DNA from: an uncultured Chloroflexia bacterium
Lineage (GTDB): Bacteria; Chloroflexota; Dehalococcoidia; DSTF01; JALHUB01
Assembly: GCA_963726245.1 (NCBI GenBank)
Contig: CAVSBT010000031.1
Coordinates: forward strand, 1 to 64,000
Reading direction: 5' to 3'
DNA length: 64,000 nucleotides
A model generated the notes under the pieces. That model made no database searches. It saw nothing but the letters and a program-made list of their open reading frames with translations, and had not been told where the DNA came from. Of the stretch, positions 9,993 to 23,244 are shown one piece after another. The translations under genes and the position numbers were made by a program. How positions within the stretch are numbered: the stretch's first letter is position 1; each line of letters starts with the position of its first letter.

Positions 9993-10969
9993 GCAGGCCC
10001 ATCTTCTCTTTGACTTCGGTCAGCGTCTGGCGGGCGATGGCGCGGGCGCGGGCGGCGCCGTCGGCCAGCACCTCGTCCAGGTAGCCGGGGCGGGCGGCCA
10101 GCTCGGCCCGCCGCTCGCGGAAGGGCGCCAGGGCGCGGTTGATGCCCTCGGCCAGGAGCTGCTTGCACTCCACACAGCCGATGCCGGCCGTGGTGCACTT
10201 CTCGTAGACCCAGGGCACCTTATCGGGGTTGAAGAAGTGGTGCAGGCTGTAGACGTTGCACACCCAGGGCCGGCCGGGGATGTTGCGATGGGTGCGCTGG
10301 GGGTCGGTGACGGCGGTCATCACCCGCCGCTCCGTCTCCTCGGGCGTGGCCGCCAGCGCGATGTCGTTGTTCAGGCTCTTGCTCATCTTGTTGACGCCGT
10401 CCAGCCCGATGATCATCGGCGCCTCAGTGAGGCTGGCCTGGGGCTCCGGGAAGGTCTCGCCGAACAGGCGGTTGAACCGGCGGGCGATCTCGCGCGCCAG
10501 CTCCAGGTGGGGGAGCTGGTCCTCGCCCACGGGCACCGTGTCCGCCTTGTAGAGGATGATGTCGGCGGTCATGAGCACCGGGTAGCCCACCAGGCCGTAG
10601 TTCACGTTCTCCGGGTGGAGGCGCACCTTCTCCTTGAAGGTGGGCACGCGGGTCAGCCAGCCCAGGGGGGTGATCATGCCCAGCAGCGTCGGCCAGCTCC
10701 AGCACCTCGGGCACGTGCGACTGCACGTAGAGGATGGTCTGCTGCGGGTCGATGCCCGCCGCCAGCAGGTCGAGGGCGGTGCTCAGCACGTTCTCGCGCA
10801 GGCGGTCCGTCTCCTCCAGCGTGGTGAGGCTGTGGATGTCGACCACCGAGTAGACGCAATCGTAGTCCTCCTGGAGGGCCACGAAGTTCTGGATGGCCCC
10901 CAGGAAGTTGCCGATGTGCTGGCTGCTGGTGCCGCGGATGCCCGCGAAAACGCGACCCTTCTTGCCCAC
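9973..10969 (-). CDS. trpS: Tryptophanyl-tRNA synthetase (one frameshift)
   Basis: HIGN motif (HIGNFLGAI), YPVLMTADI, VPVGEDQLPHLELAREIARRFN, KMSKS. Confidence 0.96.
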
Positions 10970-11185
10970 CTCAGCGTCCTTTCAGACTAGCCGAATGGTA
11001 GCATACGGCCCGATTCAGGGACAAGGAGCGCAGGGCGCTTGACATCCCTAGCGGCCCTCCTCGAGCGTATTAAATATAATTCGCATTAGCATCTGGCCCT
11101 GGAAGGGAGACGCTATCGAAAGGCGCAAAGTGGACCCACCGCAGGACAGGCTTCGGCTTCTTAGCAGAGCAAGGAGGAGAGAGCC

Positions 11186-11446
11186 ATGACGTACCACATC
11201 GAGTCGCCGCACACCAAAGAGGAGTGCCTCCAGGCGCTGGACGAAGTCTTGGCACGGGGCCCCCAGCTCCTGGCGCAGTTCGACTGGGGCTGCATGGCCG
11301 GTCAGCACATTGGCTGGGCCACCGTGGACGCGGGCAGCGAATCCGAGGCCCGGAACATGGTGCCGCCCATCGTGCGCAACAAGGCGCGCATCATTCCGGT
11401 CAACAAGTTCAGCCCGACCCAGATCGAGTCGTTCCACAAGATGTAG
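11186..11446 (+). CDS. Small hypothetical protein with H..C..WGC..GxH motif, paralog 1
   Basis: Intact ORF, strong [10 protein letters not shown]; closely similar to 11529-11861. Confidence 0.85.
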   Translation: MTYHIESPHTKEECLQALDEVLARGPQLLAQFDWGCMAGQHIGWATVDAGSESEARNMVPPIVRNKARIIPVNKFSPTQIESFHKM

Positions 11447-11528
11447 ACCGCATATCGTCGGTCGCATTCCTGGACTTCGGGGGCGGGGGAAGCACTCCCG
11501 CCCCCAGACACCCAAGGAGTAAAGAGCC

Positions 11529-11861
11529 ATGACCTACCTGATCGAGGCGCCGCACTCCCCTGACGAGTGCGTACAAGCGATGGACGAGGCGCTGGCAAAG
11601 GGGCCCCGCTTCCTGGCCCAGTTCGACTGGGGCTGCGTGGAGGGCGAGCACACCGGCTGGGCCACCGTCGAGGCGGAGAATGAATCCGAGGCCCGAAGCA
11701 TGGTCCCCGCCGTCGTGCGGAGCAGGGCGCGCGTCGTCAGGGTGGGCAAGGTCACCCCCGACCACATCAACGCCATGCTCTACCTTCCCAGCGAGGCCGA
11801 AGGCCCGGACGACGTGCCAGACCCGTACGAGATGATACTGGCCGGGCCGGACGAAGAGTAG
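11529..11861 (+). CDS. Small hypothetical protein with H..C..WGC..GxH motif, paralog 2 (acidic C-terminal tail)
   Basis: Intact ORF, RBS AAGGAG; MTYLIEAPHSPDECVQAMDEALAKGPRFLAQFDWGCVEGEHTGW. Confidence 0.85.
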   Translation: MTYLIEAPHSPDECVQAMDEALAKGPRFLAQFDWGCVEGEHTGWATVEAENESEARSMVPAVVRSRARVVRVGKVTPDHINAMLYLPSEAEGPDDVPDPYEMILAGPDEE

Positions 11862-11913
11862 CTCCGAGGCAGCTGAAGCACAGGGACGTCATCAGTCGGA
11901 CGAGGAGGTCACA

Positions 11914-12271
11914 ATGGCAGCAGCAGAGCGGAAGGACTTCAAGTCTCCCGATGAGGTTCGCACCTTCGAGAAGGGCAAGGCGCAGCTCCTGAACATGAAC
12001 GGCGGCGTTGTCGGTCGCTTCACTCTGGAGCCCGGCTGGCGCTGGTCCCAGCACGTGAAGCCGATAGCGGGGACGGAGTGGTGCGAAGCCCCCCATTTCC
12101 AGTACCACGTCTCGGGCCGGCTCCACGTCGTCATGTCCGACGGCACAACGTTCGAGGCGGGGCCCGGCGACGTTACCATGCTGCCCCGCGGGACACGACG
12201 CCTGGGTCGTTGGGGACGAGCCGGTGGTCGTGATCGACTGGTCGGGGGCCACCAACTACGCCAAGAAGTAG
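11914..12271 (+). CDS. Cupin-domain protein (one frameshift)
   Basis: [56 protein letters not shown]. Confidence 0.85.
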
Positions 12272-12337
12272 GCCTCGCTAGCGCACAGAGAGTCGTGGCT
12301 GAACAGGCCCCGCAGTAGGGATAGCGACTTTCGAGCC

Positions 12338-14002
<1,665 letters not shown>

Positions 14003-14093
14003 GACGGAAGTATACTACCGCAGCCGATCTGAACAAAACGTCAAAAGGGGCTGAGCTCTGCAGCTACGACTAGCAGCTACGACCTTCAGTGCC

Positions 14094-16544
14094 CTAGCTC
14101 ACCTCGGCCGTGAGCCTGCCCCACAGGTGCGATACCTGACGGGCCAGCGGGCGGTGCTCTGGGCGAGCCAGCGCCGGGTCGGCCTCCAGCAGGCGGGCGG
14201 CCTCGGCCCGCGCCTGCTCGAGGAGGTCGATGTCCGACAGGCGGGCCACCTTCAGGTCGGGCAGGCCCGTCTGGCGGGTGCCGAAGTACTCGCCGGGGCC
14301 GCGCAGACGCAGGTCCTCCTCGGCCAGGCGGAAGCCGTCGTAGATGCTCTCCATCAGGCGCAAGCGCTCCTGGGCCTCCTCCGATGGGTTCTCCGACAGC
14401 AGGATGCAGTAGCTCTGGTGCTCGCCGCGGCCGACGCGGCCCCGGAACTGGTGAAGCTGCGACAGCCCGAAGCGGTCGGCGCCCTCCACCAGCATCACGG
14501 TGGCGTTGGCCACGTCGATGCCCACCTCCACCACGGCGGTGGACACCAGGATGTCCAGACCGGCCGTCGCGGAAGGCCCGCATCTGGGCCTCGCGCTCGG
14601 CCGCCGGCAGGCGGCCGTGCACCAGGCCCAGGCGCAGGTCGGGGAAGACCTCGCGGGCCAGATGCTCGTACTCCTGCACCGCCGCCTTGGCGGCGATCGC
14701 CTCCGATTCCTCGACCAGCGGGCAGATGATGTAGGCCTGCCGTCCCTGCTGCACCTGCTCCCGCACGAAGCCGTAGGCCTCGTCCCGCTCGTGCGGGAGG
14801 GCGCGGATGGTCTTGACCCGCTTCCGGCCCGGCGGCATCTCATCGATGAGCGAGATGTCCAGGTCGCCGTAGACGGTGAGGGCCAGGGTGCGCGGGATGG
14901 GCGTGGCGGTCATCACCAGCACGTGGGGACAGCCGCCCTTGGCCCGCAGCGCGGCCCGCTGCATGACGCCGAAGCGATGCTGCTCGTCCACCACCACCAG
15001 GCCCAGGCGGGGGAAGTCGACCTCCTCCTGGATGAGGGCGTGGGTGCCGATGGCGATGTCCACCTCGCCGCCGGCCGATGGCCTCCTGGGCGGCCGCCTT
15101 GTCCTTGGCCGCGCAGGCTGCCGGTGAGAAGGGCCACCCGCAGCGGCTTGCCCAGGTACGGCGGCTGGAAGACACCGCTCCACAGCGGTTCGCCGCCCGT
15201 CGCTGAAGAGGGCGCAGATCGTGCGGTAGTGCTGCTCGGCCAGGATCTCGGTGGGGGCCATGATCGCCCCCTGGCAGCCGCTGGCCGCCGCCGCCAGCAG
15301 GGCGGCCGTGGCCACCACCGTCTTGCCGCTGCCCACGTCGCCCTGGAGGAGGCGGCTCATGGGCACCGTCGCGGGCGATATCGGCTGCGATCTCGGCCAT
15401 CGACCCGCCGCTGGGCGCCGGTGAGCGAGAAGGGCAACGGCTGCCACGAAGCCCTCCAGCGCCGCCGCGGCAGGCGCCAGAGGGTGGGCACGGCCGCTGG
15501 CCTGCCAGGCCTGCCGCCGCTTCAGAACGCCGACCTGAATTGTCAGCAGCTCCCGCAGGGCCAGCGAGCGCCGGGCGCGTCTCCGCAGCCTCCAGGCTAT
15601 CAGGGTAGTGCATCTGGCGCAGGGCGCGGGGCAGCGGCCAGAGGCTCAGGCGCTCCTGAGTGGCCGGTGGCATCGTATCCGGCACGCGGTCGGCGAAGGC
15701 GTCCAGGGTCTCCTTGGCCAGCCGCCGCACTACTCGCGGCCAGAGGCCCTCGGTGAGGGGATAGACGGGCACCAGGCGCGCGGTGTGGATCAGGTCGTCG
15801 GAGGTGAGGGCCTCGTACTCCGGGTTCTCCATCTGCCGCCGGCCGCGGAAGACGGTGACGCGTCCGCTCAGGGCCAAGCGCGTGCCCGGCCGCAGCTGGC
15901 GGGCGATGTAGCGCTGGCCCCACCAGATGACCCGAAGGGTGCCCGTGTCGTCGCCCACGATGGCCTCGGTGCCCTTGAGGCGGCGGCCCATGGTAGTCTC
16001 CGCCGCCGTCCAGACCGTGGCCAGCACCGTCTGCTCCTCTCCCACCACGAGCTGCGATATGGGCCGGATGTCGGCGAAGTCGCTGTAGCGATGGGGAAAG
16101 TGGTAGAGCAGGTCGCCGATGGTGCGCACGCCCAGCCGCGCGAGACGGGTCGCCGTGGCCCGGCTCACCCCCCTGAGCACCTCGATGGACGAGTCCAGGG
16201 TCAGACCGCCAACTGCCGGCGGCGGCGGCGGCAGCGGCGCCGGCGTCCGGCCCTTCGCCGGCGCCGTGGGCGCCGCTCGGACGCGGCCTGGCCGGACCGG
16301 GCTCGTCAGGGCCAGCAGGCCCTCCACCCAGCGGCGGCGCTCGCCTGGGGCCAGGCCCGCGTAGCCGCGCGAGGGCAGGGCCCGCAACGCCTTCCGGAGA
16401 CGGGCGCTGGCCGCCGAACGGTCTGGCCTTCAGCAGGCGGCGCAGGAAGCCGTCCAGCCCCCCGATGACGGCGGTGTCGGCGAAGCCCTTGGCCCGTTCC
16501 AGCTCCAGGACCTTGCGCAGGCTCTCCACCGGCGCCTCGGCCAA
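14094..16544 (-). CDS. recG: ATP-dependent DNA helicase RecG (frameshifted)
   Basis: LLQGDVGSGKT, MAPTEILAEQH, VDEQHRFGV, MTATPIPRTLAL, RFGLSQLHQFRGRVGRG, DLRLRGPGE. Confidence 0.96.
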
Positions 16545-16548
16545 TGCC

Positions 16549-17388
16549 CTAGCGTCCCTCCACCACACCCACGCCCACGATGCCGGGCCCACCGTGGGTG
16601 CCCAGCACCGGGCCGAATCGCGTTGCGAAAACCTGGGCGTGGGGGAAGGCCATGGCCAGCCTCTCCCGGATGAGCTCCGCCTCGTCGGGCGTGGTAGAGT
16701 GGCCGACGGCGGCCATCGTCACGTTCTGGTGGCGCACCGCCGCCTGGATGATCCGCTCCACCCCTTGCACCCGCGTGCGCACCCGCTCCACGGGATAGAG
16801 CTCGCCCTCGCGCATGGAGAGGATGGGCTTGATCCTGAGCATCGTCCCCAGGTAGGCGCGCGCCCGCCCGATGCGCCCGCCGCGGCGCAGGTACTCCAGC
16901 GTATCCACCATGAACTGAATGGACAGCCGGCCGGGCACGCTCTCGGCCGCCGCCTTCACCTCCTCCAGACTGGCGCCGGCGCGGGCGGCCGCCGCCGCCT
17001 CCATGATGGCGAAGCCCATGCCCAGGGATATGCTCTGCGAGTCCACCACGGCGATGCGCCCGGGCTTGTTGATAGAATCGGCGGCGGCCTGGGCTATCCT
17101 CACCGTGGCCGACAGCTTGCCCGACAGGTGAATGGAGACAATGGAGTCGGTCTCCTCCAGCAGGCGCTCGTAGACCTCCTGGAAGTCGCCCACCGAAGGT
17201 GCCGAGGTGGTGGGCAGTTGGCGGCTCTTGACCAGCATCTCGTAGAACTCTTCGGCGGTGATGTCGATCCCCTCGCGATAGCTCACATCGCCGAAGATGA
17301 CGTGCAGCGGCACTATCGTCACCCCCAGCTCCTGGGCCATGCGGGGCGTGAAATCGCAGGTGCTGTCAGTGACTATCTTGACCGCCAA
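16549..17388 (-). CDS. DegV family fatty-acid-binding protein (FakB-like)
   Basis: IVTDST, PTTSAPS, LSGKLSAT, TLEYLRRGGRIG, GPVLGTHGGPG. Confidence 0.93.
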   Translation of the reverse strand: MAVKIVTDSTCDFTPRMAQELGVTIVPLHVIFGDVSYREGIDITAEEFYEMLVKSRQLPTTSAPSVGDFQEVYERLLEETDSIVSIHLSGKLSATVRIAQAAADSINKPGRIAVVDSQSISLGMGFAIMEAAAAARAGASLEEVKAAAESVPGRLSIQFMVDTLEYLRRGGRIGRARAYLGTMLRIKPILSMREGELYPVERVRTRVQGVERIIQAAVRHQNVTMAAVGHSTTPDEAELIRERLAMAFPHAQVFATRFGPVLGTHGGPGIVGVGVVEGR

Positions 17389-17517
17389 GCGCCGAAACCT
17401 CGCTGCTGGCTAGTATACCAACGGCGCCCGCCCCGCAAAAGCCAAAGGGAGGCCCCGACGAACCGACCGTTCTGGATACCGTGGCGGAAGTGGAGCGCGT
17501 GCAGGCAGAGACGCCCC

Positions 17518-19188
17518 TCACTCCGCCGAGACGATGTAGTAGTAGTGGGGTTGGCCTCCGCACACGACCTCGACGTCATGCTGAGGATGGAGGCGGCGCA
17601 GCTCGCGGGCCAGGACGTGAGCGTCGGATTCGCTGGTGTCCTCGCCGTAGTAGAGGGTGATGAGGCTCAGCTCATCCAGGGGCAGATAGCTCAGGGCCGC
17701 CTTCACCGCCGCCGCCGGCGTCTTCTGGGCCACCTTGAGCTCGCCGTCCACCACCGCTATCGCCTGACCTTCGCGGATGCGCAGCCCGCCGACGCGGGTG
17801 CTGCGAATGGCCCGCGTCACCTCCACCGTGTGGACGGTGGTGCGCGCCTCCTCCATGGCCTCCACGTTGGCGTCCAGGTCCAGGTCGGGGCTGAAGGCGA
17901 GAAGAGCGGCCACCCCCTGCGGCAGGGTGGTGGTCTTGACCACCCGCACCTCCTTCTGGGCAGAGGGGGATGGCCTGCTGGGCGGCCATGACGATGTTCT
18001 TGTCGTTGGGGATCAGGATCGCCTTGTCCGAAGGACACTGCTCGATGGCGTCCAGCAGCTCGCGGGTGCTGGGGTTCATCGTCGGGCCCGCCGCGCACGA
18101 CGGCGGTGGCGCCCACGCTGCGGAAGATCTGCTCCATGCCCTCGCCGGCCACCACCGCCACCGTGGCGATGTCCGCCGGCTCCGCGGCCACCGTCTGCCG
18201 CTGGTGCATGGCCAGGAACTGCTCGGCCTGGGCCTCGATGTTGTCCACCTTCACCTGGTTCAGGCGGCCGAAGGCAGTGCAGAAGCTGAGGGCGGCGCCG
18301 GGGTCGTCCGTGTGGACGTGCACCCGCACCAGGCTCTCGTCGCCCACCACCAGCACCGAATCGCCCAGCTCCAGCATCCGCTCCCGAACGCTGTCGACGG
18401 GCATACCCTCGCCCGACACCAGGAACTCGGTGCAGTAGCCGTACATGGCCTGACCCATGGGCGTGCATCTGCGCGTGCATCTGGCTGGTAACGGCCAGCC
18501 AGTCGTGCTCCAGCTCCTCGCGGCCTACCGGCGCGCCGACAGGCGCTTCCTCCTCCTCCCCGCGCAGGTAGCGCAGCGAGCCCTCCAGCATCACGTAGAA
18601 GCCCTGGCCGCCGGCGTCCACCACGCCGGCCTCGGCCAGCACCGGCAGAAGGGTGGGCGTCCTGGCCACCGACTCGCGGGCGGCCTCGGCGGCGGAGGTC
18701 ACCACCGCCAGGATGTCTCGCCCGTCGCGGTGGGCCTCGATCTCGGCGGCGGCGGCCGCCTCTCGCGCCACCGTGAGGATCGTCCCCTCCCGCGGCTGGC
18801 TGACGGCCTTGTAGGCGCCGGCCGCCCCCTCGCGCAGCCCCGCGGCCAGGCCGGCTGCATCCAGCCGCTGCTGCTCGCGGGCGGCCAGGGCCAGGCCGCG
18901 GATGATCTGCGAAAGGATGACGCCGGAGTTGCCGCGGGCGCCCATCAGCGCCCCCCTGGACATCGCCTCCAGCATCGCCTCCGCCCGGTCGCTGTCGACG
19001 CGATAGGCCTCCTCCAGCGTGGAGCGCATGGTGAGGTACATGTTGGTGCCGGTGTCGCCGTCGGGCACGGGGAAGACGTTGATGGCGTTCAGGGACTCGA
19101 CGTGGCGCTCCAGCCAGGCGGTGGCCGTGGCGAACATCGCCCGCAACTCGCTGCCGGAGAGGGAAGTGACCGCCGCTGGGCCGGTCAT
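17518..19188 (-). CDS. DAK2-domain fatty acid kinase subunit A (FakA/YloV-like, frameshifted)
   Basis: NAINVFPVPDGDTGTNM, GARGNSGVILSQ, EGTILTV, VDAGGQG, YGYCTEF, VHVHTDDPG, GGQPHYYYIVSAE. Confidence 0.93.
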
Positions 19189-19360
19189 AGGACGGCTTCT
19201 AGATAGAGATGCGCTCTTCTCTGAGAGCACGAAGCGGAACGCGATACGAGCGGCCGTTTCAACTCACCTTGCTCTTGGGCGACGGAGGATGCTATCATTG
19301 CCTGCGGCTGAATTCTACCCCCAGCCACAATCAGACGCAAGCGAGGCGGGAGCGGCTATC

Positions 19361-19604
19361 GTGGCACAGATGCGCTATCTGCGGCAAGGGAACGATGTAC
19401 GGGCGGAACATCCGCCACAAGCACTCGGGGCGGTGGGAGCGCCGCGCGCCTCGCACCAATCGCGTCTTTCGGGCCAACGTCCACAAGCAGGTGGTGACCA
19501 TCGGCGGGCAGCCGGTGCGAGTCGCCATCTGCACCCGCTGCCTGCGCACGCAGCTCAAGGCCGCGACGCTAGGCACCGCAGACTCAGGCCCCGACAGCCC
19601 CTAG
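19361..19604 (+). CDS. rpmB: 50S ribosomal protein L28 (Zn-binding CxxC form)
   Basis: CAICGKGTMYGRNIRH..RTNRVFRANVH..ICTRCLRT. Confidence 0.9.
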
Positions 19605-20273
19605 GCCCCCTCCCGCACCTTCGCCAGCGCCTCCTTGAGCCGCGCCATGTTCTCCGCCACCGAGGCGCGGTCGTTGAACACGGCCGAGGCCGCCACCAGC
19701 ACGCAGGCCCCGGCCCGCACCGCCGCCGGCGCCGTCTCCGGCCCGATGCCGCCGTCCACCTCGATCTCCGCCGCCAGGCCGGCGCCGTCAATCAGGCGGC
19801 GCAGGCGCTCCACCTTGGGCAGCACCTCGGGGATGAAGCGCTGGCCGGACCAGCCCGGGTTCACCGCCATCACCATCACCTGGTCCAGCTCGCCCAGGAT
19901 CTCCTCCACGGCCGCCGCGGGCGTGGCCGGGTTGAGGCAGACGCCGGCCCGCTTGCCGCGGGCGTGCACCTCCTGCACCACCCGGTGGAGGTGGCGGCAG
20001 GCCTCGACGTGGACGTTGATGATGTCGCCGCCGGCGTCCATGAACGCCCCGATGTGGCGCTCCGGCTCTTCGATCATGAGGTGGACGTCCAGGGTGAGGT
20101 CGGTGATCTCCGCGGACGGCCGCCACCAGCGGCGTGCCGAAGGAGATGACGGGCACGAACCGCCCGTCCATGACGTCGATGTGGATGTAGTCGGCGCCGG
20201 CGGCCGCCGCCTCCCGCACCTGCTCCCCCAGGCGGGAGAGGTCGGCCGAGAGGATGGACGGCGCCAGCTTCAC
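19601..20273 (-). CDS. rpe: Ribulose-phosphate 3-epimerase (frameshifted)
   Basis: [46 protein letters not shown]. Confidence 0.95.
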
Positions 20274-20282
20274 TGCCGTTGA

Positions 20283-21688
20283 TCACGACCCTTGGCCCTC
20301 CAGCCGCTGCCGCGCCCGCTTGAGCGCCGCCGTCACCTGCCGCGGCGACGTGCCGCCGGGCACGTCCCGCGCCTCGATGGCGGCGCGCGCGTCCAGCCGC
20401 CCGAGCACGTCCTCTTCGAACAGCGGCGAGAAGCGGCGGTACTCCTCCAGCGATAGCTGGCCCAGGGCCTTGCCCTGCTCCTCGGCGTAGCGCACCAGCC
20501 GCCCCACGGCCTCGTGGGCCTGGCGGAAGGGGACGCCGCGCTGGGCCAGGTAGTCGGCCAGGTCGGTGGCCAGCGTGTAGCTCTCGGCCGCCGCCGCCGC
20601 CATGCGCTCGGCGTTCACGCGCAGGCTGGGGAGCATCGCCGCCAGCACGTCCAGCGTCGCCAGGAGCGTGTCGACGGTGTCGAACAGGCCGGCCTTGTCC
20701 TCCTGCAGGTCGAGGCCGTAGGCCAGCGGCAGGCCCTTGAGCAGCGTGAGGATGCCCATCAGGTTGCCGTAGACGCGGCCGGTCTTGGCGCGGGCCAGCT
20801 CGGCCACGTCCGGGTTGCGCTTCTGGGGCATGATGCTGGAGCCGCCGGCGAAGGCCTCGTCCAGCTGCGACGAAGGCGAACTCGGCGCGTGGACCAGAGG
20901 ACCAGCTCCTCGCACAGCCGCGACAGGTGCATCATGCGTGATGGCCGCCGCCGCCTGGAACTCGACCACGCAGTCGCGGTCGGAGACGGCGTCGATGCTG
21001 TTCTCGGCGATGCGGGCGAAGCCCAGCTCGCGGGCCACGAACTCGCGGTCGATGGGGTAGGGCACGCCGGCCAGGGCGCCGGCGCCCAGCGGCAGCTCGT
21101 CGGCGCGCGAGCAGGCAGTCGCGGAAGCGGCCGGCGTCGCGGTCCAGCATCTCGAAGTAGGCCAGCAGGTGGTGCGCGAAGAGCACCGGCTGCGCCCGCT
21201 GGAGGTGGGTGTAGCCGGGCATGACCACCTCGCGGTTGGCCTCCGCCAGCTCCAGCAGCGCGCCCTGGAGGCGGCGCAGCGGCGGCCAGCACGTCGCCGA
21301 TGGCCTCCTTCAGGTAGAGGCGCAGGTCGGTGGCGACCTGGTCGTTGCGCGAGCGGGCGGTGTGCAGCCGGTCGGCGGCCTCGCCGATCCTCTCCCGCAG
21401 GGCGGCCTCGATGTTCATGTGCACGTCCTCCAGCTCGCGCCGGAAGACGAAGCGCCCCGCCTCGATCTCCTGCCGGATCTCCTCCAGCCCGCGCACGATG
21501 GCCTCGGCGTCGGCGGCGGGGATGATCCCCTGGCGGGCCAGCATGCGGGCGTGGGCGATGGAGCCGGCGATGTCCTGCTTGTACAGCCGCCGGTCGACGT
21601 CGATGGTGGCGGTGAAGGCCTCCGCCCGCGGGTCGGTGGCCTTGGCGAAGCGGGCGCCCCAGACCTTGCCTGGCTTGCGCTCAGCCAT
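20283..21688 (-). CDS. argH: Argininosuccinate lyase (frameshifted)
   Basis: [60 protein letters not shown]. Confidence 0.96.
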
Positions 21689-22456
21689 GGTTCAGGACCG
21701 GGAGCTGGGTCAGCTCCCAGAGGCTATCGATGGTGTAGTCGGGGGCGATCTCGCCCACCACCTCCAGCTTGTCGGCGCCCACCTCCGTCGGTTCGTTCAG
21801 GGGCGGGCGCTTCCAGACGGCGACCATGCCCAGGGCCTTGGCGCCGGCCACGTCGCAGCGCAGCGAGTCGCCCACCATCATCGTCTCCTCCGCCGTCACG
21901 CCCAGCGCCTCCAGGGCGTGCTGGAAGATCTTCGGGGTGCGGCTTCAGGTAGCCCACGTCGGAGGAGATGGTCGACCACGCCGAAGAATCCGCCCAGGCC
22001 GTACTCCTCGAGCTCCGCCATGAAGCGCGGCCCGCCGAAGGCGCGGTCGGTGACGGCGCCCAGCTTGAAGCCGCGCTCCTGGAGCCAGCGCAGCGTGTCC
22101 AGGGCGTCGGGGAAGAGGGTGCGCCCGAAGAACTGGCCGCCCAGGTTCCAGGCGTCCCACAGCTCGTGCGCCTGCTCGTCGGTCAGGCGCAGGCCGAAGC
22201 TGCCCGCCACCTCGGCGCAGAGGTCCAGGTAGTCGGGGCTCACGTAGTCGGTGTGATAGGCCTCCGCCGTCAGGCGCTCCACGGCCACGCGGATGTCGCG
22301 GCCCAGGAACAGGAGCCCGCCCTCAGGGTCGATGCCCCACGTGCGCAGGAGGGCGTTGATGCGGCGCACCGTCTCCTCGCGGATGACGATGTGCGGCGGC
22401 ATGTTGGGGAAGTGCCACAGCGTGTCGCCCAGGTCGAAGAGCACAGCCTTAATCAT
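21681..22456 (-). CDS. HAD-superfamily hydrolase, paralog 1 (frameshifted)
   Basis: [36 protein letters not shown]. Confidence 0.9.
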
Positions 22457-23241
22457 GTCGAAGACCCGCCGGGACCGAAGATGGGGAGCTCCGTGATCTC
22501 CCAGAGGCTATCGACGACGTAGTCCGGCTGGTGGTTGGGGATGAGGCCCTGCTTCTGCCAGTCCATCTCCCACTGGGCGTAGGCGTCGGTGCGACGCTTC
22601 CAGACGGCGGTCATCCCCAGCTCCTTGGCGCCACCCACGTCGGCCCGCAGCGAGTCGCCCACCATCACCGTCTCCTCTGGCGACACACCCAGCGCCTCGA
22701 GCGCGTGTTCGAAGATCTTGGGGTGCGGCTTCAGGTAGCCGATATCGCACGACGCCACCACCAGCTCCACGATGCCGTCCAGGCCCTCCTCCTCGAAGTC
22801 GCGCAGCAGCGGCTGCCCGCCGAAGAGCGTGTTCGTGACACAGGCGACGCGATAGCCCCGCTCGCGGGCCCAGCGCAGAGTGGCGGCCGTGTCCGGAAAG
22901 ATCGTCCGGCTGAGGAAAGCACCCTCGGGGCGGCAGGCCTCCCACAGCTCACGCGCCTGCTCCAGGCCCAGCTCGACGCCGCGCTCGGCGGCCAGATCGC
23001 GCAGTACGGCGGCCGGGTCGGGGCTCACCAGGTGGGTGCGATAGGCCTCCAGCTCGGCGAGCTGCGATTTCAGGAACGCGTCCAAGGCCAGCCGCCGCAA
23101 GCCATCGTCGGCGGGCAGGCCCCAGCTTTCCAGCACAGCGACCGCCCGCCGGCTCGCCTCCGCCCCCAGCTCGGCCGGCGCAGGCATCCGCGGGAAGTGC
23201 CACAACGTATCGCCCTGGTCAAACAGGATGGCGCGGATCAT
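22453..23241 (-). CDS. HAD-superfamily hydrolase, paralog 2
   Basis: AILFDQGDTLW, GYLKPHPKIF, MVGDSLRADVGGAKELGM. Confidence 0.9.
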   Translation of the reverse strand: MIRAILFDQGDTLWHFPRMPAPAELGAEASRRAVAVLESWGLPADDGLRRLALDAFLKSQLAELEAYRTHLVSPDPAAVLRDLAAERGVELGLEQARELWEACRPEGAFLSRTIFPDTAATLRWARERGYRVACVTNTLFGGQPLLRDFEEEGLDGIVELVVASCDIGYLKPHPKIFEHALEALGVSPEETVMVGDSLRADVGGAKELGMTAVWKRRTDAYAQWEMDWQKQGLIPNHQPDYVVDSLWEITELPIFGPGGSST

Positions 23242-23244
23242 GGC

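Noticed and set aside
11095-11180. c-di-GMP-I or glycine riboswitch
   Set aside because: Only fragments match (GAAA, GCAAAG); I could not build the required helices by eye, so an Rfam scan is needed
14060-14083. Direct repeat GCAGCTACGAC x2 between recG and argS
   Set aside because: Too short and isolated to assign a function
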